From positions 1,293 through 65,292 of the forward strand of contig JAPLEZ010000152.1 of NCBI GenBank assembly GCA_026390935.1: a stretch of DNA of 64,000 bases. The letters are read 5' to 3'. A model generated the notes under the pieces. The model was given only the letters and a program-made list of their open reading frames with translations, was not told the DNA's origin and made no database searches. Within the stretch, counting starts at the first letter, position 1. Each line of letters starts with the position of its first letter. This stretch comes from Bacteroidota bacterium (GTDB lineage: Bacteria > Bacteroidota > Bacteroidia > Flavobacteriales_C > GCA-002722245). A program made the translations under genes and the position numbers. Positions 62,326-64,000 of the stretch are shown here, in pieces.

Positions 62326-64000
62326 TTATTTAAGCAAGATATAAAATTCAACATCCTTAAATTCCTTGTACTCTTCGGTGTACATTGGTGAATAATGTCC
62401 GTACCAAAAACGTGTCACTCTTACAGAAGGAATTTTAAATTTTGCCATGTATCCTTGCGAACATGATTTTCCATTTCCTTGCACTACAATTGGTGTAGCC
62501 GACACCAATTCAATTTGAAACTGATCACCATTCATTGTTTTGTAAGAGTAAAAATCGTCACCATTTTGTGTGTGAAATGAAAACTCTATATCAGCCGCCA
62601 AATTTTTACCATATAGTTCCCAGGAGATGAGTTTTGGGGCCATTTTCTGTCCGTTAACTTTGAAAGGAACTGAGTCGAGCCAGAATGGTGTGGAAATGTC
62701 GCCTATTGTTTGACCTTTGTATTTAGTGAAAAGCGTTTGAATGTTTTTTGCAGTTAAGTTGTTGGTGTCTTTTGCATACAATTGTATTGTCATTCCCGAG
62801 AACTGTCCTTGTTTTACAATCAACCCTTCTTTGGTGTAGCAATATATTTTATAGCTTTTGCCAGCACTAGCTTCGCCAGAACCCAGAGATAAACTTGCTT
62901 TTTTGAAGTCGTAGGGAACTCCATCCAACATAAATTTAAAGGTGGAATAAAATGCAGTGCTTGAAAGTATGGTGTCGCCTAAAGTAAGTTCTTCAACCAG
63001 TTGCTTCGCTGTGCCTTTCGCAATATCTTCCAACTCTTTTATATCCTTTGCGGTTTGAGCAATTGGATTCCATGGTTTTGTATCAATGGCCTGTTTGGTG
63101 TAGGTATAATTGTAAGTGCTGTAAAATCCCTTACGGTAGAAATGGCGACTCCTGTATCCGTTTTTGGCAAGATACTCTTTCACCATATTTACATTTTCTT
63201 TGATGATTCCAGCTTCATAAGTCTTGTAGTCATTTTGTGTAATTTTTTCTGCTGTACTTAAAGCATCATCAAATTGCTCCAGCCACAATTGTGAAACAGC
63301 AAGGTTAAATAGGTACACAAATTTTAGTTTCTGCTCATATTTATCAGCAGAAGATAATTTCTCGGCACTCGCCAACCACGAACTTAAAACAGGTTCCAAT
63401 GCCAACTGAACTTTTTGCAGTGGTTCGCTGTAAGGTGCGCTGGATAATGCGCTGCTAACTTTTGTGATTTCGTTATGCAGGCTTTGCAAGTCGGGACTTT
63501 TTTTAACGTCCACATCCATAAATTCCTGCTCGTAACTTTGCTTTTCAAATGAGTAAGCATTTTTTATTTTTCTGATTTCTGCGTTCAAAGCATCTATGTA
63601 ATTTTTTTTAACGCTCATGTTGAGACCCGCTGTTTTAAAACTGATCACTTTCTCGGCACCTTCTTTTGTGCTGGGTTCCGATTTAAAAACTGTTGGATTG
63701 TCTTGGGTGGAAAAAACTGCAACATGAAGGATTGCACCATTTTCATTATTAATTAGCTGAATAATTGTTGGTGCCGACATTTCAATGATGGCGCTGTACA
63801 GAGTGCTTTTTGTTTTTGTGCCATCGGCATTTTTTACTTCAACAATTGATTCTACCACTTGTTCTTTTGTGATAGAGGGTTCGCCAATTTGAATGGAATA
63901 AATAAAATCGCCGTTGCCTTCTTTTACAAAGGAGTATCCTTCCAAATGGAAAAAATCTTCAATTGTTTTTGGACGCAATTCCAACTTATTCAACGTTTCT
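62326..64000 (-). CDS. hypothetical protein, probably 5'-truncated by window end
   Basis: 555-aa ORF whose listed first codon is TTG at 63991-63993, with open frame continuing to window edge. Confidence 0.45.
   Translation of the reverse strand, partial: ETLNKLELRPKTIEDFFHLEGYSFVKEGNGDFIYSIQIGEPSITKEQVVESIVEVKNADGTKTKSTLYSAIIEMSAPTIIQLINNENGAILHVAVFSTQDNPTVFKSEPSTKEGAEKVISFKTAGLNMSVKKNYIDALNAEIRKIKNAYSFEKQSYEQEFMDVDVKKSPDLQSLHNEITKVSSALSSAPYSEPLQKVQLALEPVLSSWLASAEKLSSADKYEQKLKFVYLFNLAVSQLWLEQFDDALSTAEKITQNDYKTYEAGIIKENVNMVKEYLAKNGYRSRHFYRKGFYSTYNYTYTKQAIDTKPWNPIAQTAKDIKELEDIAKGTAKQLVEELTLGDTILSSTAFYSTFKFMLDGVPYDFKKASLSLGSGEASAGKSYKIYCYTKEGLIVKQGQFSGMTIQLYAKDTNNLTAKNIQTLFTKYKGQTIGDISTPFWLDSVPFKVNGQKMAPKLISWELYGKNLAADIEFSFHTQNGDDFYSYKTMNGDQFQIELVSATPIVVQGNGKSCSQGYMAKFKIPSVRVTRFWYGHYSPMYTEEYKEFKDVEFYILLK

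Overview
This 64 kb window is a low-GC (~38%) chromosomal segment with Bacteroidota hallmarks (class not determined): adjacent T9SS genes porU and porV next to a T9SS-CTD cargo gene, a eukaryote-like class Ia ribonucleotide reductase (nrdB, nrdA), and a caa3-type cytochrome oxidase accessory cluster. It is mostly housekeeping. From start to end it contains:
- a partial DUF2723 membrane glycosyltransferase-like gene and tRNA-Gln(UUG);
- an FMN-binding glutamate-synthase-family gene broken by a single in-frame TGA;
- lnt, porU, porV, pssA, purS;
- an lptB-tatC-glyQS block, then nrdB and nrdA;
- tsaB and proS;
- a split methionine synthase operon (Hcy-methyltransferase module, a four-helix-bundle gene, metH pterin/B12/AdoMet modules) on the minus strand behind a clear SAM-I riboswitch;
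- ctaB, coxIII x2, coxIV, SCO1 and a DUF420 gene;
- a surface-polysaccharide cluster (heparinase-like, GT4, WecA-like, Wzi-like);
- a small cynS (cyanase), phnA and methyltransferase island;
- a GH5 glycosidase and assorted DUF proteins.

No CRISPR array, integrase or transposase is present. The unexplained signal is non-coding: several families of GC-rich palindromic elements sit in intergenic regions of this AT-rich genome.
- Two paralogous ~160-nt copies (25074-25232 and 37605-37764) show compensatory base changes that preserve a hairpin, a pseudoknot and a long enclosing stem. I read these as a candidate undescribed structured RNA or repeat family.
- A 111-bp MITE-like element with 28-bp terminal inverted repeats is inserted at the 3' end of proS and has duplicated the proS terminus.
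- A 119-bp doubly palindromic element lies at 59251-59369, with degenerate relatives next to copy A.
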